The notes: a model not told the origin generated them from the sequence alone. DNA of 64,000 nucleotides from Candidatus Bathyarchaeia archaeon (GCA_038883655.1 JAVZLQ010000003.1:32001-96000), one strand, 5' to 3'. Positions 19,301 to 29,536 are shown, counted from the stretch's first letter. Program-made: numbers and translations.

Positions 19301-19920
19301 TCAACTCTTCGTTGCACTTCGTCTATTCTTCCCATGGCTGTTCGTATGGAGATATCCGCTGCCCTAAGCTTTTCTTCAGCTTCAGCTTTTTCCGCGTCGT
19401 ACTGGGCTATTCCAACCAAATCCTCAATTATTTTTCTCCTTTCCATCGGCGCAATGTCTGTCAGCCGCGTTATTGTGCCTTGCAATATTATGTTTTGACT
19501 TGTTGAACTTAACCCAGCCATAGATAGAATCTCTAAGATTTGAGCTCTTGATATGCGTCTGCCATTAAGCCTATAAACGCTTTGACCATTTCTATAAACT
19601 TCACGCGAAACCGTAACTGTTGCTGTGTCTACGGGTATCCGCCCATCCGTATTATCGAATTGTATTATGACTTTAGCCATCTTCGCCCTTTCAAGTCCAG
19701 CCTTTTCGGAACCATGAAAAATCAGTTTTGCAGCATTTTCCGCGCGAAGCCTTTTCGTGCTTAACTCGCCTAGGGCGAATAGAACTGCGTCAACAATGTT
19801 TGTTTTCCCGCTTCCATTCGGTCCAGTTATAGCTGTAAAACCCTTATCTAGGATTACTTTAACGGTTTGCGGACCAAAGGATTTGAAACCTTTAAGCTCA
19901 ATTTTCTTGATATAGGGCAT
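16366..19920 (-). CDS. smc: Chromosome segregation protein SMC
   Basis: GFKSF, GPNGSGKTN, hinge, coiled coils, SGGERS and LDEIDAHLD. Confidence 0.97.
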   Translation of the reverse strand: MPYIKKIELKGFKSFGPQTVKVILDKGFTAITGPNGSGKTNIVDAVLFALGELSTKRLRAENAAKLIFHGSEKAGLERAKMAKVIIQFDNTDGRIPVDTATVTVSREVYRNGQSVYRLNGRRISRAQILEILSMAGLSSTSQNIILQGTITRLTDIAPMERRKIIEDLVGIAQYDAEKAEAEEKLRAADISIRTAMGRIDEVQRRVDDLERERNQLLRYNFIQREVGKFEAIKISSDMMQIQRKTEETASQAEKVKERVEKLRQLREDLRSKRRGIEGEWRKLSSEIVEEGGSQVLKVQMRIGELKSKLTELTTRITSGKTSLEGLRRVRENNLAQYESIRKEIRENRLRIKELQSEYEAILNQINAKQAEHDALASEAAQLWENLGENSKKIREMEQQMENCYKRLSYLRSEYAKSQTAIKIRMRRLNDLKNRKERFALTLTELEKSFAELERVQKEQKTQLKNMQKMLERKIAQKEAIEREIAEAGKIADSAKAAVIEFATQRELAETVASEEKALRSIEELGELGVIQGVYGRLRNLIKVDSAYKRAIEAAAAGWLDAVVVKDFDAAFTCAETLRRMKLGRIKIIPLQGTSNPRALKVPQMEGVNGAASLFIKCEKHYEPAVNFVFGDTLIVSDEKTAFTLSNEGYRVVTVDGDLYEAGGAFESGYYRAPIDFSAIIPSEKAIKSLDEAVNALQQHLSKRGTDLSAFEDEIDRTRVEIARLSEAIITLDREIARVKRNVRRTRANVKRVDKNIAKLEKEVESEKALMWKHRAESSLIQKEVRKLQNALVTLRRKADPSYIQELEVKREKLAEEIITLRQKLGTVQTEISTLQSKFDNVLRVGYQNAKIQLTKVEQQLRKVEKEVEEATKERESLKLEIAELEKSRVELSKTVLSAREEAKKFTSQIDDIDKELRKLDAEYEQADRLLNQLQLNIQTSMLQLEQYKSQLRRIGYEQPLHVTPTQVEEAETTIKMMRFELERIGAVNQLALSHYAEQISRYKELSLRLNELEREKQAIVQFMNEIESKKRKVFMEAFEKINTNLSRYFNKLTGGGNATLVLENPDEPFLGGIDMIVQFPNKPSIIVSGASGGERSVAAVAFIFAIKEFTPASFYILDEIDAHLDAYHVSKLAELLLKESEKTQFIVITLKPEMVNKAQKVYGVYERNGVSNVISAKFLEVTNQ

Positions 19921-20097
19921 TCAGTTTGCGCCCTCGCTCACATCGAAGGATTCAACCATATCGTTATAAGACTCTTCTGTAAGATTTTTCTATAAAAAGA
20001 TTCTATCAAAAAGCCTTAACAGTTATGCACACTTTAAGTCCAATTTTCAGCTAACCATTAAGCAAAAATTAGCAAAAACGCGATATTACGCTTCGAA

Positions 20098-20604
20098 TTA
20101 CGCGCGCTTTGCAGCCACCCTCTTAATAAAATCTTTTAGGCATGCCTCTTCGCCGTAAACGAGCAAGCAGCTATCCTTTTGCACCTCGTATGAAAGGCTT
20201 GATTCTTCAGCTAAACGCTTAAGTTTTTCAATTGGCATGTCTGGCGAAGGCTTAACGCGGATCCACTTGTGTTCGCGTGGAAGCCCAGGAATGAACCTTA
20301 TTTCCGCTTCTTCTTCCTCTTCATGCGGTTTTTGTATAGCCTCATCAACTTTTCTAAGCCAATCTTCTACGTATTCTGAGCCGAATTTTTTCTGTCCTTC
20401 AGAAACGAGGCGGGACTCAACTTTCATTAGGAGTTCTTCAATTTTTTGGCTTGTTTCAACGCATGTAGGGTCAACCTTCAAAATGTTAATTAAAGTTTTA
20501 GCAGATTTTAAATCGCTCATCACTTCTTGCGGAATGGGGATGCCTTTCTTTCGAAATTCAACAGCCATTTCTTCCAGAACTTTCCACGCAGACAGATATC
20601 CCAT
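20098..20604 (-). CDS. DUF2096-like archaeal protein
   Basis: W.VLEE....DL.SAK..I and FIPGLPR...W.R pattern. Confidence 0.7.
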   Translation of the reverse strand: MGYLSAWKVLEEMAVEFRKKGIPIPQEVMSDLKSAKTLINILKVDPTCVETSQKIEELLMKVESRLVSEGQKKFGSEYVEDWLRKVDEAIQKPHEEEEEAEIRFIPGLPREHKWIRVKPSPDMPIEKLKRLAEESSLSYEVQKDSCLLVYGEEACLKDFIKRVAAKRA

Positions 20605-20646
20605 GGCGGACTACCAAATTTTGATTAGCGCTTATGCTATAAAGGG

Positions 20647-21054
20647 TTATCTGAAACAGTTGACGGCGCCAGCAGCTGAACATAACTCGCATTTCTCAAT
20701 GTCTATTTGTGGGTCAAAGATTTTGTGTAATTCACACATTAAGCCTCTTGCTCTTATCACCTTGCATATTTCGCAGAATTTTTGGATAAACTCCTTATGG
20801 GACATTGCGTTGCCACTGTTAGCCATCGCGTCAGCAAATTCCTTGATTAGTTTCGTTATTTCAGGGTCTTTTTCTAGGTTTATGGCTTTTCCGCGTATCC
20901 GCCTATAGTATAGGCTTACGGCTGGTTGGCTGACTCCCAAAAGTTTTGCTGCTTCTGCTTGTTTTAGTTTGTGTGTTGTTGTTAGTTCTTTTGCAAGTAT
21001 AGCGCGTATTGCTGGTAGAAGGCATTTTACTGCTATTTCGCATGGCACTAACAT
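20647..21054 (-). CDS. Cys-rich HTH transcriptional regulator
   Basis: PCE...LPAIRA and Q.EAAKLLGVSQPAVS.Y..RG; C-terminal C..C..C.LH..C..C. Confidence 0.88.
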   Translation of the reverse strand: MLVPCEIAVKCLLPAIRAILAKELTTTHKLKQAEAAKLLGVSQPAVSLYYRRIRGKAINLEKDPEITKLIKEFADAMANSGNAMSHKEFIQKFCEICKVIRARGLMCELHKIFDPQIDIEKCELCSAAGAVNCFR

Positions 21055-21099
21055 TTATGGTCATTCCTAATGTATAATTGTAGAAAGGCATAAATATAC

Positions 21100-21119
21100 T
21101 TTATTACAATTGTAATAAA
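21100..21119. promoter_or_regulatory. Perfect 20-bp palindrome TTTATTACAATTGTAATAAA, putative operator
   Basis: Lies between a TATA-like element (~21089-21096) and the fprA start, in the divergent intergenic region. Confidence 0.7.
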
Positions 21120-21131
21120 AGGGTGAACACC

Positions 21132-22310
21132 TTGAAAAACATAACAAAACTCGCAGAAAACGTCTACTGGGTCGGCGCGAGAGACTGGAACAGAAGACTT
21201 TTCGACGCGTTAATTCCACTGCCAAAAGGAACAAGCTACAACGCCTACCTAATAATCGGCAAAAACAAAAAGGCACTAATCGACACAGTGAACCCAGGCT
21301 TCGAAAAAGAACTGGAAGAAAAAATAAGCAAAATAACAGACCCAAAAGAAATTGACTACATAATAATGAACCACGCAGAGCCAGACCATGCGGGCGCAAT
21401 TCCATACATGATGCAGATTAACAGCAAAGCCAAATTAGTAACTTCGAGCAAAGGCGCGAAAATGGCTCAAACATTCTACAAGGTGCCAGAAAACCGCATC
21501 ATATCAATTAAAGATCAAGAAATAATAGATTTGGGCGGCAAAACATTACGCTTTATAGAAGCGCCAATGCTACACTGGCCAGAAACAATGTTCACATATC
21601 TGCAGGAAAACGGAATTTTGTTTCCATGCGACTTTTTCGGCGCGCACCTTGCTGGAGGCGTTTATGACGATGATGTTGAGGATTTGCTTGTTCATGCTCA
21701 GCGGTATTTCGGTGAGATAATGATGCCTTTTAAGGCTATGGGGCAGAAGGCGCTTGAAAAGATAAAGGGTTTAGAGATAAGGATGATTGCGCCGAGCCAC
21801 GGTCCAATTCACAAGAATGTTGAACGCATTTTAAACGCTTACAGAAAGTGGGTGAATGGTGAGACAAGGCGAAAAGCCATAATTGTTTATGCGACGATGT
21901 GGCGCAGCACAGAAAAAATGATTGAAGTGATGGCGGACACGCTGGCATCCGAAGACATAGAAATAGTCGTCTACAACTTGGCTTCATCTGACATTGGCGA
22001 TATAGCAAAAGATCTTGTAGACGCAAAAGCCATAGTCTTAGGCGTGCCAACAGTCCTCGGCGGAATGCATCCGCTTGGCGTTTACGCCATGTACCTTGTC
22101 AAGGCTTTGCGCCCACCATTAAAGTTTGGCGTTGTTTTAAGTTCATACGGTTGGGGCGGAGGCGCAATAAAACACGTTCAAGAGTTGCTTGGACAAACAA
22201 AAATTGAGGTTGCCGGAGCCATGGAAGTAAACGGTCCACCCACGGACGATGATATAAGGCAGATAATTGACATTGGAAAGACACTTGCGGAAAAGATTAA
22301 GGAGGAATAA
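21132..22310 (+). CDS. fprA: Flavodiiron protein (FprA/NorV type)
   Basis: GTSYNAYL, NHAEPDH, LHWPE, CDFFGAH, PSHG and a flavodoxin domain SYGWGGG. Confidence 0.95.
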   Translation: MKNITKLAENVYWVGARDWNRRLFDALIPLPKGTSYNAYLIIGKNKKALIDTVNPGFEKELEEKISKITDPKEIDYIIMNHAEPDHAGAIPYMMQINSKAKLVTSSKGAKMAQTFYKVPENRIISIKDQEIIDLGGKTLRFIEAPMLHWPETMFTYLQENGILFPCDFFGAHLAGGVYDDDVEDLLVHAQRYFGEIMMPFKAMGQKALEKIKGLEIRMIAPSHGPIHKNVERILNAYRKWVNGETRRKAIIVYATMWRSTEKMIEVMADTLASEDIEIVVYNLASSDIGDIAKDLVDAKAIVLGVPTVLGGMHPLGVYAMYLVKALRPPLKFGVVLSSYGWGGGAIKHVQELLGQTKIEVAGAMEVNGPPTDDDIRQIIDIGKTLAEKIKEE

Positions 22311-22314
22311 CACT

Positions 22315-23547
22315 TTGGCGGAAGACAGGAAAAACGTTTTAAAGGAAATTCTTAGGCAGCTGCATGCTGGCGCACCGCCACAAGAGGTTAAGGAAAGGTT
22401 TAAGCAGTTTCTGGAAGGCATAAGCCCGCTTGAAATTTCAAGAATAGAGCAGGAGTTAATAAGGGAAGGAATGCCCAGAGAGGAGATTCAAAGGCTCTGC
22501 GATGTGCACATGGCTGTTTTTAGAGAACAACTGGAAAAACAGAAACTTGATGTGCCAGCAAGCCACTCAATTAACATACTCATGGAAGAACACAAGATTA
22601 TGCTGCAGCTTGCTGGAAAACTCGTGGAAACAGCAAACAAAATTCAACAGTTCAGCGAAGCCGGCTACATTGAAGAGGAAATTCATTTTCTACAGCATTT
22701 AGCAAGGGATTTCATGGACTCTGAGAAGCACTATTTACGTGAAGAGAATGTGCTCTTTCCAATTTTGGAAAAGCATGGAATTACAGAGCCACCAGCGATA
22801 ATGTGGATGGAACACAACCAGATAAGGGAGAAAAAGAAAGCGCTAAACAAACTTGTTGAAAATTACAGCGCATTAGGTTTAAAAGAGTTTAAAGCGCAGT
22901 TAAGCGAATTGGCTGAAGCCATAAACAGCCTGTTGGCAAGCCACTTTTTTAAGGAAAACAACATACTCTTTCCAACAGCGTTAAGAGTCATAACTCATGA
23001 TGAATGGAAAGCCATAAGAAGCGAATTTGATGAAATTGGATACTGTTGTTTCACGCCTCCAGAGTTGACTGGTGCGCCGCAAATAGCAGAAGCAGTAAAA
23101 GAGGAGAAAATCATGCCTACAACAAAGGAAACATCTTTCGCCTTACAGTTTGAGACTGGAACATTAACCAAGAATGAGATCGAAGCTCTGCTGAACGCCT
23201 TACCAGTTGATATAACGTTTGTGGACAAGGATGACACTGTAAGGTATTTTAACAAGGCTGAAAAACGCATTTTTGTCCGAACAAAAGCGGTCATAGGCAG
23301 AAAAGTGCAACTTTGCCACCCACAAAAGAGCATACACATAGTAAACCGCATCCTCGAAGCCTTCAAGGGGGGAAAGAAGGACGTCGCCGAGTTCTGGATT
23401 AACCTAAACAACCGTCTAATTCACATAAGATATTTTGCGGTCAGGGATAAGAACGGAAAATATTTGGGGACAATGGAAGTTACGCAAGACATCACCGACA
23501 TAAAGAAGATTGAAGGCGAGAAAAGGCTTTTAGACTGGAGAGAATGA
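22315..23547 (+). CDS. DUF438 + hemerythrin + PAS domain protein
   Basis: LCDVH, HYLREENVLFP, MWMEH, HFFKENNILFP and PVDITFVD...CHP. Confidence 0.9.
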   Translation: MAEDRKNVLKEILRQLHAGAPPQEVKERFKQFLEGISPLEISRIEQELIREGMPREEIQRLCDVHMAVFREQLEKQKLDVPASHSINILMEEHKIMLQLAGKLVETANKIQQFSEAGYIEEEIHFLQHLARDFMDSEKHYLREENVLFPILEKHGITEPPAIMWMEHNQIREKKKALNKLVENYSALGLKEFKAQLSELAEAINSLLASHFFKENNILFPTALRVITHDEWKAIRSEFDEIGYCCFTPPELTGAPQIAEAVKEEKIMPTTKETSFALQFETGTLTKNEIEALLNALPVDITFVDKDDTVRYFNKAEKRIFVRTKAVIGRKVQLCHPQKSIHIVNRILEAFKGGKKDVAEFWINLNNRLIHIRYFAVRDKNGKYLGTMEVTQDITDIKKIEGEKRLLDWRE

Positions 23548-23556
23548 AGTAAGCGC

Positions 23557-23970
23557 TTGATGAAAACAGTTCTGTTTGTCTGCGTTGAAAACAGCTTTAG
23601 AAGCCAAATCGCCGAAGCCTACTTCAACAAGTTTGCCCCAGAAGGCTGGCAAGCCATAAGCGGTGGCAGCAAACCAGCGGAAAAGGTTCATCCAAACGCA
23701 GTATTGTTGATGCGCGAAGAAGGAATAGACATAAGTGACAAGAAGCCAAAAGCTCTAACATTTGAGATGCAGACGAAAGTTGACGCCGCCGTGATAGTTT
23801 GTGGAAGCGCAGAATGCCCAGTTGTTTACGTTAAGGATGTTGAAGAGTGGAATGTTCCAGACCCAGCGAAAATGCCGCTTGATGAGGCACGAAAAATTAG
23901 AGATTTAATAAAGTCAAAAGTCTTGGATTACATCAAAAGGTTAACGTCCAAAACGCCTAGTTCAATTTAA
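23557..23970 (+). CDS. arsC: Arsenate reductase / LMW phosphatase family protein
   Basis: CVENSFRSQIAE P-loop, C....C.. and W..PDP. Confidence 0.85.
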   Translation: MMKTVLFVCVENSFRSQIAEAYFNKFAPEGWQAISGGSKPAEKVHPNAVLLMREEGIDISDKKPKALTFEMQTKVDAAVIVCGSAECPVVYVKDVEEWNVPDPAKMPLDEARKIRDLIKSKVLDYIKRLTSKTPSSI

Positions 23971-24850
23971 CTTCCTCCATAAACTTTCTAATCTCCTCCC
24001 TCTGTTTATCATTCAACGGTAATGTTGGTCTGCGCGGATATCCAGCAGGTAAGCCTAGAATGTTTAACGCTTCCTTTATTGCTGCAAGCTGGTTATGCCT
24101 TATCACAAGAACTTCGTTTATGCGTGAAATTGTTTTTTGGAGTTCCCATGCTTTCGCGCAGTCTCCGTCTTTAAAGGCTCTGTAAAGTTCGCTGCAAAGC
24201 TTCGGAGCAACGTTCGCAACAGCTATTACAGCGCCTTTTCCGCCAAGCGCCAACGTTGGAAGAGTTAAGTCCGCTGTTCCAGCTAAAACTGAAATTTTTC
24301 TGCCTAAAAGCCTAACAAGTTCGGTTATTTGGCTGTAGCTTCCGCTGCTATCCTTTACCCCAACGACATGGCTGTATTCAGAAGAGAGCCTTTCGACAAG
24401 TGCTGGTTCAAGCGAAAATCCCGTGAATTTTGGAACATTATAGACTACTATTGGCAAGTCAACAGCCTCAAGCACGGCACTATAATGCTCATACAACTCT
24501 TCATTTGAATATTTAAAGTAAAATGGCGTTACAACAAGCGCAGCGTCAACACCCACATCCCTTGCATCCATAGTCAACTGAATTGTTTCTTTCGTGCTTA
24601 TGGCGCCAGTTCCAGCAATAACTGGCACTTTGCCATTCGCTTCATCCACAACCGTTTCAAGAAGTTTTTTCCGCTCCTCCCTCAGTAAGTATGGTGCTTC
24701 CCCATTGCTTCCGCAAGTTACAAGTCCAGAAAGCTCGCTATCGATCCAAAACCGCACAAGCTTTCTCAACGCCTTTGTGTCCATCTCACCATCACGTTTA
24801 AACGGAGTTACATGCGGAACAAAAACCCCTTCTAGCCCAATTTTTGACAT
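23957..24850 (-). CDS. dapA: Dihydrodipicolinate synthase family aldolase
   Basis: GSNGE, YNVP..TG and GVKDSSG Schiff-base lysine; substrate uncertain. Confidence 0.85.
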   Translation of the reverse strand: MSKIGLEGVFVPHVTPFKRDGEMDTKALRKLVRFWIDSELSGLVTCGSNGEAPYLLREERKKLLETVVDEANGKVPVIAGTGAISTKETIQLTMDARDVGVDAALVVTPFYFKYSNEELYEHYSAVLEAVDLPIVVYNVPKFTGFSLEPALVERLSSEYSHVVGVKDSSGSYSQITELVRLLGRKISVLAGTADLTLPTLALGGKGAVIAVANVAPKLCSELYRAFKDGDCAKAWELQKTISRINEVLVIRHNQLAAIKEALNILGLPAGYPRRPTLPLNDKQREEIRKFMEEVKLN

Positions 24851-24903
24851 GACATGCACACCACGCTTTAATATTTTTAACATTGAACTCTTAATAATTA
24901 CTG

Positions 24904-25338
24904 GTGCAGACCTTGCCTAAAACTTTCATGATGAAACTTGACCGTATACAACCAACCCAACTGTTCATCAGTTCTGAAAAGTTATCCGAAGTGATGAAAA
25001 CTTTCGATGCAGCAAATCCAGCCTCAATGGAGCCAATTCCGATAAAACGCCTTAAAAATAAGATTATCTTTGTAGACGGGCATACAAGGGCTTTTGCCGC
25101 TTTCCTACATGGTTTTTCCAGAATCCCAGTATGCTGGGAAAAAGAAGAACTCGATTGGGACGCCTATAAGATCTGCGTTGAATGGTGCGAAAAAGAGGGT
25201 ATCTACACGATAGCCGACCTTAAAGATAGGGTTATTCCTCATAAGGATTATGAGAAGTTGTGGTACAGACGCTGCGAAAAATGCAAAGAGATTTGGAGGC
25301 AGAGAGGAAGCGCATGCAAATCCGAAAGTTCAAGATAA
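24904..25338 (+). CDS. ParB/sulfiredoxin-like domain protein, possibly frameshifted near the C-terminus
   Basis: IQPTQLFIS..K and DGHTRA motifs. Confidence 0.7.
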   Translation: MQTLPKTFMMKLDRIQPTQLFISSEKLSEVMKTFDAANPASMEPIPIKRLKNKIIFVDGHTRAFAAFLHGFSRIPVCWEKEELDWDAYKICVEWCEKEGIYTIADLKDRVIPHKDYEKLWYRRCEKCKEIWRQRGSACKSESSR

Positions 25339-25461
25339 CATAGTTTTACCGAAAATGAAAATTAAAAGAATGGAAAGCTCATATATTAGCTAAGCATAAC
25401 ATTAATTAATCCATTTACTGTATGAAAGTCTGCAAATGTGTTAGTGTGAGGTAGGACATAT

Positions 25462-26190
25462 ATGTCTGTGTTTGCGGCACCAGGTGCTTATGATCGTGCG
25501 ATAACGGTTTTTTCACCAGATGGTAGGCTTTTCCAAGTTGAGTATGCAATGGAGCTTGTTAATCGTGGAGCAACAATTCTGGGAATAAAATGTGTTGAAG
25601 GTGTTGTTTTGGGTGCGGAGGAAACCGCTGACCCGCTTGAAGAGACTGGAAATTCATGGAAAATTTTCAAGATTGATGAGCATATTGGCGTGGCAATAGT
25701 TGGTTTAAGCTCTGACGCCCGCGTATTAATAGACCAAGCGCGAATTTACGCCCAAAGCAACAGGTTAACATACGACGAGCCTATAGACGTGGAAGTTGTG
25801 ACAAAAAGGATATGCGACATAAAACAGTTGTACACGCAACATGCTGGCGTAAGACCATTTGGAGTATCAATGATATTCGGCGGAGTTGACAAAACCGGAA
25901 ATCGTGTTCTTGGGACACATCCAAGCGGAACATACAGAAGCTACAAGTGCAGAGCGGAAGGCGCTGGAAGAGAAACCGTTTTCGCCATACTTAAAGAAGA
26001 ATATAAAGAGGACATGAGGCTTGATGATGCCGTGAAACTTGCGGCAAAATGCCTCGTAAAAGCCTTAGAAGCAAGGCAGTTGCCCCCGAGAATAAAGATA
26101 GCGGTGATTCCATCAGCAACAAAGAAGATGGAAATGCTCAGCGACGAAAAAGTAGAGGAAGTTTTGAAAGAGTTGGGCGTAGGCAAGTGA
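25462..26190 (+). CDS. psmA: Proteasome alpha subunit
   Basis: [20 protein letters not shown] and RPFGVS. Confidence 0.97.
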   Translation: MSVFAAPGAYDRAITVFSPDGRLFQVEYAMELVNRGATILGIKCVEGVVLGAEETADPLEETGNSWKIFKIDEHIGVAIVGLSSDARVLIDQARIYAQSNRLTYDEPIDVEVVTKRICDIKQLYTQHAGVRPFGVSMIFGGVDKTGNRVLGTHPSGTYRSYKCRAEGAGRETVFAILKEEYKEDMRLDDAVKLAAKCLVKALEARQLPPRIKIAVIPSATKKMEMLSDEKVEEVLKELGVGK

Positions 26191-26197
26191 ATTGCTG

Positions 26198-26887
26198 ATG
26201 AGTGAAAAGTATACTGTTGCACGCATAACAAAGGACAACGAACACTTTGAGGTTCTCGTTAAACCCCAAAAAGCCTTAGACTATAGAGTTGGAAAAATAA
26301 CATCCCTAAGCGAAGTACTTGTAACCGAAACAATATTTTCAGACGCAAACAAAGGCACAAAGGTAGCTGAAGAAAACCTCCGCAAAGCCTTCGGGACGAC
26401 AGACCCTCTTAAAATTGCTGACATAATACTGAAAAAGGGGACACTTCAACTCACAACAGAACAACGCAGAAAAATGATTGAGGACAAAAGAAAACAAATC
26501 ATAGATTTCATTTCAAGACAATGCGTAGACCCAAAAACGAACCTACCGCATCCACCGCTACGAATAGAAAACGCCCTGGAACAAATACACTATCCAATAG
26601 ACCCATTCAAACCAGTGGAAGAACAAGCAAAAGAAATTATAAAACAGCTTAGGGCAATCTTGCCATTAAAGATGGAGCAAATATCAGTAGGCGTACACAT
26701 ACCAGCACAGTATTCCGCAAGGGCGTACGGCACAATAAAAGGGTTTGGGACAATAAAGAGGGAAGAGTGGCGCCCAGACGGCTCATGGTACGGCGTACTA
26801 GAGATGCCAGCAGGCTTATATGCGCCCTTCCTAGAAAGACTTGGTGAAATAACAAAAGGAAGTGGAGAGGCAAAAGTAATTTCTTAA
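26198..26887 (+). CDS. Ribosome maturation factor SBDS/Sdo1
   Basis: [18 protein letters not shown] and PHPP.RIE. Confidence 0.95.
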   Translation: MSEKYTVARITKDNEHFEVLVKPQKALDYRVGKITSLSEVLVTETIFSDANKGTKVAEENLRKAFGTTDPLKIADIILKKGTLQLTTEQRRKMIEDKRKQIIDFISRQCVDPKTNLPHPPLRIENALEQIHYPIDPFKPVEEQAKEIIKQLRAILPLKMEQISVGVHIPAQYSARAYGTIKGFGTIKREEWRPDGSWYGVLEMPAGLYAPFLERLGEITKGSGEAKVIS

Positions 26888-26920
26888 AATCCGAATTTAA
26901 ATTAGAGTTAGGTGTAACGC

Positions 26921-27622
26921 ATGCCAACATTTTTTGAAAGAAAACAGCTTGTTGTTCCCGGAGACTTGATTGCAGAAGACGATTATGTAGCTGGTGAAAA
27001 CACTTACGCAGAAGGAAAAAGGATTTACGCTTCAAGGATAGGATTAGTGGATTACGAGAACAAAAAAGTTAACGTTGTTGCGTTAAGGGCGTTTTACATT
27101 CCAAAAGTTGGAGACATAGTCATAGGAACCGTAACTGAAATTGGATTTAACGGTTGGACAGTTGACATAAACGCTCCATACCAAGCACTTTTAAGAGCGT
27201 CAGATGCCCTAAGCAGACCATTCAGACCACAAAAAGATGACTTATCACAAGTCCTAGACATAGGAGACCTAATAGTCGCAAAAATAACTGCATACGACAG
27301 AGCGCACAACCCACAACTGACAGTTGCGGAACCAGGACTTGGAAAAATAACCCGCGGTCAAATAATAAAAATTACTCCAACAAAAATCCCACGCGTTATT
27401 GGGAGGAAAGGCTCGATGATATCAATGATAAAGCAGGAAACGGGATGCCAAATAATTCTAGGCTTGAACGGCGTTATACTCGTAACGGGGAAAACTCCAG
27501 AAGATGAGCAGTTGGCAATTATGGCAATAAACAAGATTGAAGAGGAGTCCCACACAAGCGGTTTAACAGACCGCATAACACAGATGCTGAGAGAAATGAA
27601 AGTGAAGAGAGGTGTAAGTTAG
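26921..27622 (+). CDS. rrp4: Exosome RNA-binding subunit Rrp4
   Basis: VVPGD, YIPKVGD.VIG S1 domain, KH motif RVIGRKGSM. Confidence 0.96.
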   Translation: MPTFFERKQLVVPGDLIAEDDYVAGENTYAEGKRIYASRIGLVDYENKKVNVVALRAFYIPKVGDIVIGTVTEIGFNGWTVDINAPYQALLRASDALSRPFRPQKDDLSQVLDIGDLIVAKITAYDRAHNPQLTVAEPGLGKITRGQIIKITPTKIPRVIGRKGSMISMIKQETGCQIILGLNGVILVTGKTPEDEQLAIMAINKIEEESHTSGLTDRITQMLREMKVKRGVS

Positions 27623-27623
27623 A

Positions 27624-28358
27624 ATGAGCCAGAAAAGTGTAAAATTAATTGACAAGAAAGGTTTAAGGTTGGATGGTAGAAAACCAGACGAGTTGAGACC
27701 AATAAAAATTGATGTCGGAATTTTATCAAATGCCGATGGATCTGCATATATTGAGCAAGGAAAAAACAAAATTCTAGCAGCAGTTTTCGGTCCAAAAGAG
27801 TTACATCCAAAACACATGGCACTTCCAGACCGCATGGTTTTAAGATGCCGTTATCACATGGCGCCATTCTCTGTTCAAGAGCGCAAGTCGCCAGCGCCCT
27901 CAAGAAGAGAAATTGAACTCTCAAAAGTCATTAGAGAAGCACTTGAACCATCCATATTCCTTGAATATTACCCAAGAACGGGAATAGACATATTCATAGA
28001 GGTTTTGCAGGCTGACGGAAGCACGCGGTGCGCAAGCATAACAGCAGCCTCGCTGGCTCTAGCTGACGCTGGAATTCCAATGCGGGATTTGGTTGCCGCA
28101 TGCTCTGCTGGGAAAGTTGAGAACACGATAGTCTTGGATTTGATGGATGCCGAGGACAAGATGGGAGAAGCGGACGTGCCGTTGGCTTTGATGCCTAATC
28201 TGAACGCTATAACTTTACTTCAGATGGATGGACAGTTGACGCTTGAAGAGTTTGAGAAAGCCGTTAACCTCGCACTTGACGGATGCAAAAAAATTTACGC
28301 ATTGCAGAAGGAAGCCTTAAAAGCCAAGTACGTAAGCTTTAAGGAGGCAGAAGAGTAA
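27624..28358 (+). CDS. rrp41: Exosome exonuclease Rrp41
   Basis: [18 protein letters not shown] and [10 protein letters not shown]. Confidence 0.97.
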   Translation: MSQKSVKLIDKKGLRLDGRKPDELRPIKIDVGILSNADGSAYIEQGKNKILAAVFGPKELHPKHMALPDRMVLRCRYHMAPFSVQERKSPAPSRREIELSKVIREALEPSIFLEYYPRTGIDIFIEVLQADGSTRCASITAASLALADAGIPMRDLVAACSAGKVENTIVLDLMDAEDKMGEADVPLALMPNLNAITLLQMDGQLTLEEFEKAVNLALDGCKKIYALQKEALKAKYVSFKEAEE

Positions 28359-29149
28359 TGGCAATGATTACACGCGTAAAACAGAGGGAAATTGCGCAGC
28401 TAATAGCAAAAGGAAAACGCCTAGACGGCAGAGGTCTAAAAGACTACCGCGAAATGAAAGTTGAACAGGGAATAATCGAACGTGCAGAAGGCTCCGCAAA
28501 AGTGCTTCTCGGAAAAACAGAGGTCATGGTTGGAGTGAAAATTGAAACTGGACAACCATTCGCGGACACACCGAACGAGGGAGTACTAACTGTAAACGCG
28601 GAGCTGGTGCCACTGGCATCTCCAACATTCGAGCCTGGACCACCAGACGAGAATTCCATAGAACTTGCAAGGATCGTTGACAGGGGGATTCGCGAATCAA
28701 AAGCCATAGACCTCGAAAAACTATGCATAGAACCAGGAAAAAACGTATTCGTCGTTTTCGTCGACGTCTATGTGCTAAATCACGATGGAAACCTAATAGA
28801 TGCTTCGGCAATAGCCGCAGTGGCAGCGCTACTCAACACGAAAATGCCAAACTACGAAATTGAAGAGGGGCAAGTGAAAATTAAGCCCGGTTATGTTCCA
28901 CTACCAGTTAGAAAACGCCCAATAACCGTAACTTTCGCGAAAATAGGCGAGAAACTTGTTGTCGACCCAGGATTGGATGAAGAACAAGTCATGGACGCGC
29001 GGATTTCAATAACCATTGACGATAACTCAAACATATGTGCAATCCAAAAGGGCGGAAGCGGCTACTTCTCGCCACAGCAAGTTTTGGAGGCAGCGCAAAT
29101 AGCTAGAGAGAAAAGTGAAGAAATAGGGAAGAAGCTTGGTTGGCGATAA
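28358..29149 (+). CDS. rrp42: Exosome subunit Rrp42
   Basis: RLDGR, FEPGPPDE, RIVDRGIRES and DGNLIDA. Confidence 0.97.
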   Translation: MAMITRVKQREIAQLIAKGKRLDGRGLKDYREMKVEQGIIERAEGSAKVLLGKTEVMVGVKIETGQPFADTPNEGVLTVNAELVPLASPTFEPGPPDENSIELARIVDRGIRESKAIDLEKLCIEPGKNVFVVFVDVYVLNHDGNLIDASAIAAVAALLNTKMPNYEIEEGQVKIKPGYVPLPVRKRPITVTFAKIGEKLVVDPGLDEEQVMDARISITIDDNSNICAIQKGGSGYFSPQQVLEAAQIAREKSEEIGKKLGWR

Positions 29150-29151
29150 TT

Positions 29152-29457
29152 ATGGGAAGGACAAAGAAAGTTGGACCGACACGAGGACTTGGAGCACGTT
29201 ACGGCGCAACAGTTAGAAAACGTTACATCAAAGTTGTCGCAGAATTAAAGAAGCCACACGCGTGCCCGCAATGCGGATTCCAACGTGTAAAAAGAGTCAG
29301 TGTCGGCGTCTGGGAATGTCGAAAATGCGGTTTTGTTTTTGCTGGCGGCGCTTACACTCCGACGACAAAACTTGGGTTGGTTGCTAAGCGTGTTGCAAAA
29401 GGAGCACCCGTTGAAGAAGTAGTACAAGAAGCATCGACAGAAGAAGAAAGCGAATAA
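29152..29457 (+). CDS. rpl37ae: 50S ribosomal protein L37ae (eL43)
   Basis: GARYGATVRKR, CPQC, GVWECRKC and AGGAYTP. Confidence 0.96.
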   Translation: MGRTKKVGPTRGLGARYGATVRKRYIKVVAELKKPHACPQCGFQRVKRVSVGVWECRKCGFVFAGGAYTPTTKLGLVAKRVAKGAPVEEVVQEASTEEESE

Positions 29458-29536
29458 ACACGCACAAATGCCACTAGACTCTTTTTTAGGCATAGCCTTT
29501 TAAGCACTGTAAAGAATAATGATATTTGGGCTTGTT

